Assembly (NCBI GenBank): GCA_905178155.1
Contig: CAJINV010000001.1
Span: 2,964,265 to 3,028,264, forward strand
Direction: 5' to 3'
DNA length: 64,000 nt
DNA from: Amoebophrya sp. A120
Lineage: Eukaryota > Protista > Dinoflagellata
Shown here one piece after another: positions 36,349-49,639 of this stretch. The position numbers and the translations under genes are program-made. Below the pieces are notes generated by a model. The model was not told the DNA's origin. It saw only the letters and a program-made list of their open reading frames with translations, and ran no database searches. Numbering within the stretch: position 1 is the first letter of the stretch; each line of letters begins with the position of its first letter.

Positions 36349-37930
36349 GATGACAGTGTATCGCTGAATAGCGGGGCGTTGTGCGACACAACTAGTGACC
36401 TGGCTCTCTTTCCGGTCCTTCTTGCGGTTTCGTGTCGGTAGCTACCAGATAGCCCTCCAAAATACTACCGGCTCGTGCTTTGACAGAGACCAGTAGACTT
36501 TCTGTGCGGTTTGTAGAAGATGAAAAAGAAGAAAAAGCAACTAGAACCTACCACACCAACGCGCGAGCACACGGGTGACGCGACCAGGTGAAGCTGGTTC
36601 CAAGAAACGACCGGAGAAACAACCCGCGGATGGGTTAAATTTCTCTGTAGCAAAATAAAAACGACGAGGAGGACTGACGAAAGAAAAAGATCTTCTCTGT
36701 AGCCAATTTGGTCGACGCCCGGACTGTGCTTTAGCAATCCTCTATTTGGGCCTTAGGAAGACGGACAACAGTTCGTAATGGGTTGGTATTTCACGTTATT
36801 GAACAAGAACGACGACCAGACGAGGCAAAAAAAATAGGGAGTAACCAGCCCGAGCTTTAACTTGTTATTGTTACGCAGTCTCACGTTTGAACAAAGAAGG
36901 GTCTAGTGACGAGCGATGAAAGCTTTGTTCCCACCTGAAATTCTTCTTTCAAGATGAAAACCAATCTCCGGTAAAATTGCTTTCTTAGCTCCGAATTAAT
37001 CGTAAAGAAAAGAGAATGATAAAGAAGATGAGGACGCAGATGTTGACGTAGATAATGACGCGGTTAAGTAGTAAGTAGAGAATTCGTGCAACCGAAACCG
37101 CACTATTCCGACTTACCGGCTTTACGCCACCGACGCAATAACTACTTTAATACACCTTCAATCTTCGTCTTCCTACTCCTTTGCAATATAGAAAAAGCTT
37201 AATTTTTTACAAGTGATTCCTTGATGTGACCAAAGCGGTTCTCTTCTGGATCGACTAACAAGAGAAGAAACTGAACCAGAAAAGGAAAACGACGACGAAA
37301 GCAAAAACAAAAACGAAAACCAAACCAAAGGAAAAAACCATGCATCCGCTCAAACCACTGTAGCAGGAGGTAGCGTCCTCTCACGTTCGCTCAACAAAAA
37401 AGTACAACTTGCGCACTTACTGTCTCTGTGCTGCCTCAAGTGGTTTGAAACTCGCACTTTCGCTCGGTCTCTCTTCAGTGAGCTTAAAATGAAGCAGGAC
37501 AGGAGAACAACTTCTTGTTCTTCTAATCAAGGATGCAAAACAAGTTCACATCAGTCACCACCCACACCCATAAGTAAGCGACAGGGGCAAGGATGCGGCC
37601 GAATTGTTTCGATTTCGTCAGCGAGCGGCCTCCAGTTCGTCATCATACAAGTTTTCGTGTTTCTTGTCTGGAATAATTCTCTTCCGCAATGGAAAACCAT
37701 TGTCACCACGCACTCGACCTATCCGCCAAGTACGTGATGCCTCATTGCTTTTATCTGAGATTTTGAACGAATGGCTTTGCGAGCCATTGTTGGCAACAGT
37801 TTTGTAACGTAAGATTTTGAACAGTTTGACAGTTTTCCTCTTGAATTTGAAGCAAATTTGATACAATTCTCGATAAGCAGCTCACGACCACGACTGTGCT
37901 GGTCAGCTAAGTACTAGAGCGCGGACCAGT

Positions 37931-40618
37931 CTACTTTGGTTTGCTCGCCTTGGTCTGATTGCCATCCCAAATCAGGCCGTGCCAGTAGACGTTTGATTTC
38001 GAGCCCGGCTTGGGCGCCTCCTCCGTGCACTGCACGTCCGCGAGAAACTGGAACACGGTTTCGTTCCTGTAGGGGTTATCCGTGCACTCCATCTCGTGCT
38101 CATACTGGTCCCAGCCGATTTCCACGATGATTTTTGCGTCCCCGGGCTTCCCTTCGCCGACAAAGGACCACCGAAGGGAAAAGTCGGGTGGTGGACCTGA
38201 TAGTGTTGATATTACGAACGAATTGAGGTGATATTGAGCTGCAGAATCCAATTTTTCCGTCATCCTCATCACAACTGAAAACAATTCCAAATCGAAATCT
38301 GCTTCGCACACACGTGGTTGTCATTGTCTACTTCAGTTCATCAACATTATACCTTTCTTCACCGTCTTTTCTAGTCGCTCTTCCACTACTCCTGTTATCA
38401 AGCCGTCCCCCTTGACGTACGCCTCCACTCGGTAGGGGTACTTCTGGTTCATGTTGCTCGCCGGGAACTCGCACATAACTTGTTCGCCCAGGCCTATCTT
38501 CATCGTGCCCTTTATTGGGTAGTCACCCTTCTTGTGGACGAGGTCTTCGAAGTCCAGGACGCCGGCGCGTTGACCTGAGTAAAGGTTAATGAAGTTACAC
38601 GGAAATCTAATTTGATGTTGATCAGGAAAAGAACAAATTGCATACGACTTGCACAGCTACAGGACAGATAAAGGAGCAAGAAACAATAACAAAGCATAAT
38701 TGCACAAGAAAATAAATACCGCTCATTTTCTTTTGTATCTCCTCGATCTTTTCCTCGTCTGTGATGACTTCTACTTTCTTACACCCTGCGAGCAATGGTG
38801 CGACGCGGAAGTTTTTCACCCACAGTTGCTTTACACCCGTGGATTTGTGGAAGGTTTTGAATACGTCACGGAGTTCGTCACCCTCCTCGGGGAGAAGCCT
38901 GAAGACGGGATCCGTGGCGGAGGCGCGGTAGAAGAGCTGTATTGGGTTTTCATGAAAATTCACTTCGTTTTGCAAAATCATTTGGATTTGCAGTCCTACG
39001 AAAGCGCAGCAAAATACTTAAAAAAAACTACAGAAATCCATATTTCAGAAAGACGACAAAGCAGTAGAACACCAGCTACTGGTACTGGAGGTCAACGTCA
39101 ACCAAAATGAAGCCATGAAAACGACAAGATACCGACATCTCCGTGGCGTAGGGCAATGCGAGCTTTATTGCTATCATCTGCTTGATGTCTCGTGCGGTTT
39201 TCATTACGACAGGGTCAATCGCGAGCTCTGTTATCTCCTCCCAACCATCACAGCTTTTTGCCTTTTGGTTGGGGTGCTGCCATTCCTGTGTTGAAAGATT
39301 GATTCAATTCACAAATGGCGTTCACTACGTTATGACACCTACACCAACACCAGCGGAGCGCGAACCTAGCTGCACAACAACATCATCACATGTCACCAGC
39401 TTGAAACAAGGAAAAGCTGCAGCTAATATGGTACGTTTTTTCTATTGAGCACGACATCGGGGAAGGCAGCAAAGAGCGGTAGTTTTATCATTCGCTGTGC
39501 ACTTCCGGTTGGGACCATGCCCAGGAGCTGCTTTAGTATTTCCTCGATTTCGTCTCCGGAATACTTTTCGCCAAAAGGCTCGAGTACACTGTACATGAAC
39601 TCCATGAATTCATCCGGGTCGATGTTACCTGGTGAGGAAGTTGTCAAAACTTGTACTTGAAATCAACATGCCATCTTCGATGCTGTTGATGAATACAATC
39701 ACGGAACAAGAAAAAACCGTAGCGCGCTAGCGCTAGTTGGGTCATTTTCCTAACCAAAGCTTACCGTCCCCAGAATCATCCGCGCCGTGGTATTTGCTCA
39801 TGTCGAGGTCCTCTGTGTGCGTGAGCTCCTTGAGCCCGTCTGCTATTACTTTTGTCGCCACTATCCACTCCTCGGCTTCTATCTCGCCGCCGTCTGTATT
39901 TCGATTTTGCGTAAGTGTAGACTGAGTTCGTTTTACTTTCATGTAAAACCACTAAACTTGAACTTCTACACATACACAGGTGGAATAGCAACGAAACACG
40001 AGCAGCGTGCAAGCAAAAAGAACGAAAAAATACTATCTGCGTCGAAAGCGCGGAATAACTTCTGGATCATGCACCTTATCCCGTAGTGGTAGTTCAAACC
40101 CATGAGTTTTCGCTCGGATACTATCATGTTGATACGCTCGTTGATTTTCTGCACGAAGATTTCTTCTGACAAGGAGGCCATGTGCATGATTCGGATCATC
40201 CTTGTACCTGAGAAGCGGGAAAAAGACTATTTTTGGCAAAAAACTGATGACGATGATGAACTGACGCACATGCATCCCTTGTTCATGTTTGGAAACCAAT
40301 GCTGCGATCCAATGATGGATGAAGCGAATATTTTCAGAGATGAAAAGCCAAACCCTCAATTGTACGAAATTGGTCGTAGAAAATGGTGCCGGCTGGATCC
40401 GCATCGGCGTCCATGCCGCCCAGTCCCCACATCTTGCTCGCTTCTGAGGATTGCACCTCTAACCTAACCTCGATTTTGTTGAACTCGGAGATGTCGATGT
40501 CTCCATTGCCATCGATATCGTACACGTCGAAGAACGCGGCGAGCCGCTTCTCCAGATCCGGACCGATGGTCGGCATCGTGCTGTCGTGCCGGGTCCTTTT
40601 TGTGCCTCCCTTGTCCAC
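37931..40618 (-). CDS. Multi-exon EF-hand calcium-binding protein with an extra C-terminal domain
   Basis: EF loops DIDGNGDIDISE, DADNGGEIEAEE (after splicing) and DDSGDG|NIDPDE across successive minus-strand ORFs. Downstream ORFs 38622..38981 and 37931..38311 are inferred to be further exons. Confidence 0.75.
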
Positions 40619-41878
40619 CTAATAGGAAAGCGTCAATATTGACGTGGTGGATACGCGGTGGCCGCTTGTTGCAGTTGTTCCTCTGTAGTATGATCTTCGC
40701 TTCTTTGCGAGCAACCTCGCTTGCTCTGGTGTTCTCGTGTTCGTTTTATCACGCAAAGACGATCACTACGCCGTCAGCTCAAGAAGACCTGCACACGTCA
40801 CTGTGCATGGTCGCCGTGGCCGCATGATTTCTCAGCACGACAAGCTTGTAGCTAGCTGAATGAACCACGAATCGAGTCTCCAGTTCGCTACAGGGAGGGG
40901 CAGCGGGACTACAACGTTAATGCATTAGCCCGTTTTAGGTGCAAGCCAAAGCCTGGTGGAGCTGTAGAAGTGGTCGAGAGAAGATTTTCAAGTGCGTAAA
41001 GGTAAACGATCGCACTGAAACGAGAAAACGATCCCGAAGACGATGAATATGGCACCTCGTCGCTACCTATGGTCATTTGGCTGTACGATATAACTGGCAC
41101 AACGAGCAGTAGATGCTTTATTCCCCTCGTTGGTGCTGACACTCGACGCTCAATCCGACTTTGCTTTGCTTGCGAAAAGCTGAAGGGCGAACAAACTTCC
41201 GAGCTCAACTTTTGCGCGCAAGTTCTCATGTCGGCTGAAGATTTCGTACTCCTTGCTAAGATTTGTACGCAGCCTGGTGAAGCCTGCGAACGGGGCTACG
41301 ACTAGAAGATGTGCGTAAAGCTGAAGGCGCAATATGAAAATTACCTCATCACAACGCTTTGCGGTCTTTCTCTTTTCATTTTGATTCTTTGTCATTGTCA
41401 GTGGGTGGCCAGATAGGTACACAGAAAAGCAGGCGTCAATTATATTCCCCTCAAGTCATCATTGGAAAAAATTCAGCGCGGCAGCTGCAACATATACAGA
41501 AAGACAAAGCTGTTCAAGCAAACAGTGAAAAAAACTGCAGTGGAGAGGCAAAACAGGTGATTGTCAAAAAATTAAAGGGCAAAATGAAAGTTAAAGTCGT
41601 TTTTCCCATGCGCAAAAAGACGTCGAGGATCTCTGGCAGTATTTTCACTGCTCAGATTCTTGTTCTTCTATGTACAAATAGCATTGGTTTTCCCATTCTT
41701 CGAAAGATATACCTTTGTTTCTCATCACTTTTTCGACTATTCTCATTCATCTCTCGTTAAAGTTAATACAGTGTGGCGACGTTTTTTCTACATTCGATTG
41801 CGAATGCGTGGGTGTGTCAGTTCACAAAAAGACTCGAGGACGACGACAAGGCTCGCAAACGCAACACTTTCGTCACAA

Positions 41879-44800
41879 CTACTCCTCGTCCTCTTCCTTA
41901 ATTTGTTCCAACGTTTCCTCCGGCGTGTAGGCCAGCAGCGGGTCCATATTGCGGCCGCGGATCCAGCGATAAAGGTCGTGGCGCTGCGTGAAAATCGCGT
42001 TACTCAGCATGTCCGGGGCCTGCGCAATTTGCTCTTGCAAGCTCACGTGCGAAGACTCGTCGAGATCCTGCTTCGGAGGGTGGTAGTTCGCGGGCATGCG
42101 GACTTGGTCCGTGATGTTGCGCCGGTCCGGAATTTGGGGGTCACTGGTTTTTGTTTTTTCAATTTGGTAAAAACTACGGTGAGACTTCTGAGAAGAAGAT
42201 CCTCGCTATGTAGATCATCTTGCAACACGGGCACTTCTATCGATCTAGCAGGAACAAGAAGCAGCAGACCGCCACCGGGTGCTTGAAAAGAGTGAGTTCA
42301 AGTACTTTCTCTGCCTCGCCGCAGCGTAAACGTGGTTTCTCTCCAGAGGTGGCCGCTTCGGAATGCGATACAGTACCTCCTCCCCCTCGATCGCGTTCTC
42401 GGGCGCGGGAACCTCGTGGTGCCGGCCATTGTGTTCGAACCGTAACAGCGTTTGCTTCGTGCAATTGGGCGGGACTGTTAACCGCACCCGCGAGCCCTCT
42501 CGCTCCATTTCATCCAGCAAATAGAGCATGGTATCGTGCTGCGCAATGCTCGGCTCCCCGGGCTCGGGGACCTTGTCTCTTTCTCGCTGCAAGCGTTCGT
42601 TGACGGCGGCTAACGCTAGCGCATCGTGGTCCAGGTCACCGCTGGTAGTGGTGCCGCTGCCACCCATCATGTCGTTATTCCCGTTCGGCGCAGCTGACGA
42701 AGCACCAGACCCGCTACTCTGGTTGTTTCCCCTCTGGTGCAGTGCGCCGAGCGGCCCTCGTTGCGAATTTGACGAGCTGGAGGATGAGGCACCAGCTCCT
42801 CCCTGCAAGCCGCGTGTAGTACCTCCTAGAAGGCTCGGCATTGTCAGCCCTGTTGGGGGTAGAAGCTGGAAGGAAGAGGTAGATGAGGCGGAAGCGGATC
42901 CCTGCTGTGCAGTACCCTGGGCGGCCTCTTTCCCCTTTAGTGACTGGAAGCTTGGTCCTTCATCTGCAGTTTTGTAAATCCACTTTCATCAGCATTTTGG
43001 CAACGCAGTTCTTCACTTCAGTACTGCGTCAGTATGTTCAAAATGAAAGTAAAAATTTGCAAAAAAAAAGTTCCCGAATGAAAAATGAATTATACCAGCC
43101 GGCTCCGCATCTCCCTTATCCTTCATCTCCATCTTTCTTTCGTTCTCCAGCTGCTGCATACTTGGCACGAGCGACATTCGCCGCGGCGGCGTGTTTTGTT
43201 CCTTCTTCGGCGACCACTCCCGGTCGATTGGCTGGGTTAAGTCTAGCTTGTCCACCACCGTTTCCGTCACCCGCGGCGGCGTCGAATGTTTCACGTCGGG
43301 CGAGCAAGAGTGATCCGTAGTTCCGGCAGGTGGCGGCGGCGGCGCGGGCCGGTCGGCGAAGGTCGCCTTCGCGACATTCTCCCGGCTGGTATCCAAATCC
43401 TCTTGCGTACACGCCTCTGTGGGCACGAACTGCGCACGGACACGCTTCACCGAAGTTGCATCGTGATGTAGCCCGCTCCTGGTTCTACTCGTCGGCTCAC
43501 GGGACAGTGGTCTGGTTGCGGCTTGTATGCGTGCTAGTTCCTCCTGGGTCGTGCTCATCGCACTGCTGGTGCTGATTTTGTTCGTCGTCTGCACCACGAC
43601 AGACGGGAGGACAGAGGGAGCTGCAGCAGCATGATCTTCCGCTGACTTGTTACTCCCGAGAGGACCCCGAGCAGACGGAAGATTGTTGTTCCCCACCTCT
43701 TCGATGGTAGTCGAGGCAGATTGCGGCACGATTCCCCCTCGCCCGCGCTGGATCACCTCGCTTCTTGAGAGCGAGGAGGAGGGCTGCGACAAAGAGGAAG
43801 ACACGTTGGAGCCGACGACTGAGGACTCCGTGGGTGAAGCAGCAGTGCCGCCTATGTTTGGCGGCCGGTCGGGGGCAGGCGGAAGAAAACCTGCTCCCGA
43901 GGAAGATGTTGAGCTGGAAGATGGTGTTGCGCCCGGGCGCCGGGCGGGCGGCTTCGAGGTCCCGTAGGTGGTGCGCGGCGGTCCTGAATGATCCAATTTA
44001 TTGGTGACAGCCGAGGAGGAACCGTTTGGAATTGGGTCAGCGGGATCTTCGTCGACAATGAACTCGTCCTCGTCGCTGGAAATAGGTGGTGGCGGCGGGG
44101 CCGAGCGACGGTTGGAGGTCGAATACTGTTCCTCATCGGCTGCATTTGCCACCTGGTTTATTGGCAAGACCTGCTGCATGCATGTATGTACTAGTGCTAC
44201 CAGAACCAGTGTAAATTATAGTATGAGAACATATGCTTATGCATATCCGGAACAACTTCTGATGTTGGTTACTTGACTACGAAATTTTTAGTTTTACCTG
44301 TGAACTGTATGCGCTCCTGGAAGGCGCGACGCTCTGCCGCGCTCCAGCTCTGGGATACGGATACGACCCTTGAAAGGACTGCGACATCGCCCGCGGTGGC
44401 GGACTGCTACCGCTGATCGCCCCGACCTCGCTGCTCGACGAGCCACTTGCACCACTGCTACTCCCCGGGTTGCTGCTTCTCCGCACCCCGGAATCCCGTT
44501 TCAGCGGCGCGCCATTTTCGACGTCGTAGAGTTCGGCCTTCAGCTGCTTGTTCTCTTGCAGCGCTGCTTCCAACACGGCGCAGAGTTGGAGCTGTATGGC
44601 GTTCTCAAACGTTACGTTCTCAACTCTTACATGATTTGTCATGCATACCCGACTGCACCACATCAAAAACCTTTGCACCGTCGCCGCAAGCAGCTTCGGA
44701 CGCAGGAGATCTAGGGTCAGAACCGCGAAAAACATCGCGCGTATTTCTTCTTCATATTACATGATTTGTCATGCAAAATCACAATTAGAATTGATATGAT

Positions 44801-47800
44801 ACGATCAAGCTGCTCCGCATGACAAATTCTCGAAGAGCCAAACAGGCTGAGAATCTGTGCCAAATCTGTCATGCCAAGCGCGCAAGGTCACCCCTTTGAC
44901 TTTTGCCATTCTTGCATCGCAAACTCATGCAACAGTTGAGAATGTAACAGTTGAGAACGCCATAAGCTGGAACTTCGTGTTGTAGGTGAAGTACTCGCGC
45001 AGAAACACGTCGTAGGTATATGACAGTGCACAACTCCCCCTCCCCCTCATTTGTCATGCAAAATACCCAATTTACCCTTTGTTTTCCTCTTAGCACTGTT
45101 TGCATGACAAGTTTTGGTAGCCCAAATAGCACTATAATCCAGTGCAAATTTGTATTTGTCATGCAAAACCAGCATTCTTTCTGATGCTTGTATTGCCGTT
45201 GATGCTATACAAATGAGGGGGAGGGGGACGGGGAGTTGTGCACCGTTATAAGGTAATGTTCGGATCGTGAAGAAAGGCCCGGTCGCTTTCGTTTTCCTCC
45301 AGTTCCACATGGTAGTTTTCTCGAATCTCGCGCCATTTTGAATGCGTGCGGTCGTCCAACTTCAGCACGATGTCCCGCAGACCCTCGGGCGCAATCTGCT
45401 GCTGCATCCGCGCGTCCAGCTCGATAGACCGCCGACGATTCGCGATGGTGTGGTCCACCACGGCAGGAGCAGCATTACTGTCGACCGGCCTGCTGCTGCG
45501 AGCTCCGGAGCCCCGTCTCCGGACGTGGTTGTTGGAGTTGCGGTTTTGACTGCGCAGGAGCGCCTCCGCGGCTTCCGCGGTGGGCGACGCGTTCGCGGAC
45601 GCCAGCGGCGTAGCTGCCGAAGACGAGGGGGAATTCAAGCCTCGGGAGTTTCGGGCTAGAGGCTGGCGCCCTCCACTCGCCCTCCCAGTGCTGTTGCCCG
45701 ACTGCTCCGTGGGCCGCTGTTGTAGTTTGCATCAAGAAATTCGATCAGAATCAATGTGTTTTTGTTCCCAGCTCAAATACTAGACACGCAAATAGCCCCT
45801 GGGCGACATCAGTCTGAATAATCACAAGTACCCGATTCGGTGGTGGAGGTTTCCGCCCTGTTGGCGCATCTCGCGACGCGGCCGCCGCCCTCGCCGCGTT
45901 CAATCTATCGACCATGTGCCAGACGCGGCCAAGACCCCCGCCCGGAGGAAGTGGTTCGCACAATTTGTCTATGTCAGCTTCGTCGACACGACCAGAATAC
46001 AGTTCTTCCTGCCTGCTTGCCCGAGCCTCGCGCTCCCGCATTTCCGCGTCTATTTCCTCTCGCAACTCCCGTCTGCTGTTTTGCAACGAATCGTAGTGAG
46101 AAACAGGCACAACACCGGCAGCCGCGCCCGCCTCTTCCTCCGCACCTGCTGCCCCGCGCCCGCTGCTCCGACCGCTGTTCCGCGTACTACTCGTGGTCCC
46201 GACGCCCTTCCCGTGCTGTCGAAAATCCTCGATGTTTTGAATTTGATCACTCTTCCCACTATTTCTCGTCGCATCCCCGCTCGGTAAAGTGTCACTGGTT
46301 TGCGACCTGGACGCCGACAGTGTGCGCTCTACTTTCGACCGCTTTTTTTCCTTTTTGTCTTTCTTCGATTTCTTCGCTGGAATCATACTACTGGCATCCT
46401 CCCTAGAATGATCAGCAGAGGAAGTCAAGGACGTCATCGCCGAATGAAGGGTTTGTTGTTGATGCTGTGGGGGAGCTGCAAATCCGCCCTGCACTGTAGC
46501 GTGCAGCCTGCTAGTACTCGAAGAGGACCCGCCGACCTGGTGCTGCGGTGATGGTGCCCCTTGCAGGTGGAGCTGTGATGTAGTAGTCGCTAGCATGCCT
46601 TGATCATGTTCTCGAGGTGGGGACCGAGCGACGTTCGGACCAAGATCTTGGAGCGTAGGCCGTGCGTAGGAAGGGGAAGAGGTCGGCAGCAGCGACGGAC
46701 TTTCTGCCCGTGGTTGAGAAGTCGCTCGTGCGTGTTTGTCGCTCGAAGTTCTACTTGCGGTATTTAAGTGGAGTCGACCTGATGTGATGTCGTTTTTCAT
46801 AATTTTTAAAAAGGTTCAGGGTTTTCTCGAAGAAAAACGGAAATGACGCCAGCACTACCCAAAAGACCATCGAAAAAGTGCACTTCGCTTTACGAAAGCA
46901 AGAAAACGGTTCGCACCTGTGCTCAGCTGGAGTCCAAAGGGCGCTTGCAATTGGCACGGCGACGTGTTCAATGCGTGTTGGTGCTGCTGGATGTCGATCG
47001 AAGTGGGCGACACTGCGCCCGGTCGCGAGAGCCCCGCTCCGGGAAAGACATTCAACCGCGTGGCGCCCCCCGCTGGCTGGGCAATTACCCTACCGATCGC
47101 GCTCTCCCCGCGATCCACGCTCCATCCGCGCTGCTGCGCAGCAGACAGGTTTGCGGCCCCCGCGCCGCCAAGCTGGGCCCCCGAAGTGGCTGCGTTGTTG
47201 GTCGCTCCTGCACTGGGACCAAAGGCGGTTCTGCCTCTGCTGCTGCTCGTGCTGGCGTTATTGTTCCCGGAATCTTGGTGCTGTGCGCCGACAACTGCAC
47301 CACCCGCCCGACTTCTGTCCGAGGGTGCAAACCCAAAGCTGGAAGCCGTCTGGTTCTCGTCAACTGTTGGTGTAGAAGGCGAAAACGCCGGAACCTCCGC
47401 ACTTCCACCACCACGACGCGAAGATGAAACTGCTAGAGAATGCTTGCTAAACGGATTAGCTGTAGCGGTCTTCAACCCCTGCAGGGTTGGGATCTGTAGG
47501 CCTGCGCCTGCGGGTGGGCGGTGCGCCAAAAAGGCATTTCCGGCAGAATATGAAAACAGAAAACGGATCTGGGCGAGGTTCTTAGTGTAGAAAGGCACGA
47601 AGTTGCTCTTGCGCATGACGCCTGTAACATCTTCGGTAGATGATAATCTTGCGTGACTCCTACAAAAGGTTCTTTGGATGATTCCCATCCTATGTTAAAG
47701 CAGTAGTCTGTTTCTGCACTTTCATTGAAAATTAAAAATGCCGCATCGTTTTTCATTTTACCAAAGGATAGCTTGAAACCGCTTGTAGTTCCACCACCGG

Positions 47801-48164
47801 CGCGCGTAGTTGCATTTGCAGCGACGCCTCCCACACCCAACCGCGAGGAGGAAGCTGCACCGACGCCAACTGTGGAAAAAGATGTTGACAACCCGGGAGA
47901 GGTCGCGCGTTGCTCCGCGAAGCTGGTCGCGGAGGCCGAGGATCTGGAGGCAAAATCAATGTTTTGCTGGCCGCCCGGCGAAAACGGTTGGGCTACCGGA
48001 ACGGGTTGTGGCGCGTCCACTGCACTGGTCGCGCTCGAAGCCGGTCCACTTGTTCCCACTTGGTGACTGGACGAGGATCCTAAACCAGAGTTAGAGCGCT
48101 GGTTGGTGGTCGTTGGCTGCGGTAGTGCGCCCGAAAAAGCCGCGCCAAACTGAAACTGATGCAT
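41879..48164 (-). CDS. Large multi-exon S/A/G/P-rich protein with a short coiled coil and an ordered C-terminal domain (possibly more than one gene)
   Basis: Chain of minus-strand ORFs. Junctions checked by hand: PPNR|RPTEQ (GT-AG), PNIT|YDVFLREYF and TKFQL|QLCAVLE (TIR introns). The other junctions are inferred. Confidence 0.6.
44595..44964. mobile_element. TIR introner, family A, expanded 370-bp copy
   Basis: Family A TIRs; perfect TSD agctg; internal 19-bp direct repeat ttacatgatttgtcatgca at 44627 and 44757. Confidence 0.93.
45019..45250. mobile_element. TIR introner, family D, 232 bp
   Basis: tatgacagtgcacaactccccctccccctcatttg ... caaatgagggggagggggacggggagttgtgcaccgttata; perfect TSD aggta. 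Confidence 0.93.
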
Positions 48165-49639
48165 TGGAAGGGTGTCGTACTGTCGTTACGCTGTTGTTTA
48201 TCTTTACTTCTACTTCTTAGGCCAGCAGTGTCCGTTGCTTTACAGCTGACAGTTGTCGTCCAAGCCACGAATATTTTTCGGCTGTCAGTGATCAACTTGT
48301 ACCTACATTGTCTAGTAATGAAGCAAGTGTTTCACACTGTCACTGTACTATATTCACTGTACTTTCAGGATTTCAGAAGATTTTCCGACTCAGGCAAGTG
48401 CGAATAAGGTGCCTCCGAACGAGGGTTATAGCAATAAAGGCCATACGCAATCGTCATATACATTTAGATTTATGAGCGTATGTACTAGCAACTGAAAACT
48501 ACAAGTGGCACCATTTTGCTGTACTGTCTTCACCGTTTGTTGTCCGCCCCACACTATTTGCAACAGAAGTGTCAAGTTGCATTCTTTCTCTCGGAGTCAG
48601 GCTAGAGACAGTCAGAATTACACTGAGACTGAAGGCGAACGAAAGAATGAAAAAACTGAATGTTACAACCACTAGACCTGCTGGCTGACTATGGCACCAA
48701 CACGCCTATCGCAATCCTTAAAAATGCTTCGACTTGAACCGAAACCGACGATGAAGTTCTAGAACATGGAACTGGATGACCACGGCGCACAACGCTGATA
48801 CCTGCCGGCACCTGCCTTGCTGTCAGTGTGAAGACCGCGTCACTACTGATGAATCGGTAGAGGTCGAATTTGTATCGTTGCCTCTCCCTTGTATTGATGT
48901 AGTTATCGACGAACTACGACGCCGCCTTGGGTTTGTACATTCATTTTTTTCATAAATCACAATATATAATGCGGCCGCCTTGATGCAAAGGCTTGAGAAT
49001 CACCACGAATCCTCTGTGTCAAGTTTTTCTTTCCTGGTGTTGGGGTACTAGACTGCGTCCTGATATTCCGATTCCTCGAAGTCCTGTCTGCTTGAGGTTG
49101 AGTGAAAGTGAAATGTTCCTAAAAATAACTGTAGAAGTAATCTTCCTGATCCTGCCTGCTTCTTGCTTTTTTTAGTGTACTGTTCTCAAGTGTAGTGAGT
49201 GTGGGAGTACTTACTTGATGTGCAAATTCCTTCGTAAGAAAATCTTCGCGCTGTCCCTTTTACCTTTTTTGCATTTGCGTAATCCTGCCATATAAGATGC
49301 TGATGCTGAAGCCTTGCCTTGTTCCCCGTTTATTTGCAGCGCCACATTTAACACCTGAGTTGTTACCGGTAAGGTTTTGGTTTTTTACCACGAATGTCGT
49401 GTTTATTCATAGGGCAGAGTACTCAACTATTCCTTACCTTTGTCGCGTCGGCTGTGGTCCCAACAAAAGGTCCAAAGTTGACAGGTTGAAAAAGTTCAGG
49501 TAGCAGTTGTAGCTGCACTCGCCTCGGACTCGAGATCAAGATGAAGATCATCATCAAAACGTAGCACACGCTGCTATTAGCAGCCTGTACAACTACCAGC
49601 AGCATCTCGATAGTGACATAATTTCCAGTACCTGTATTC

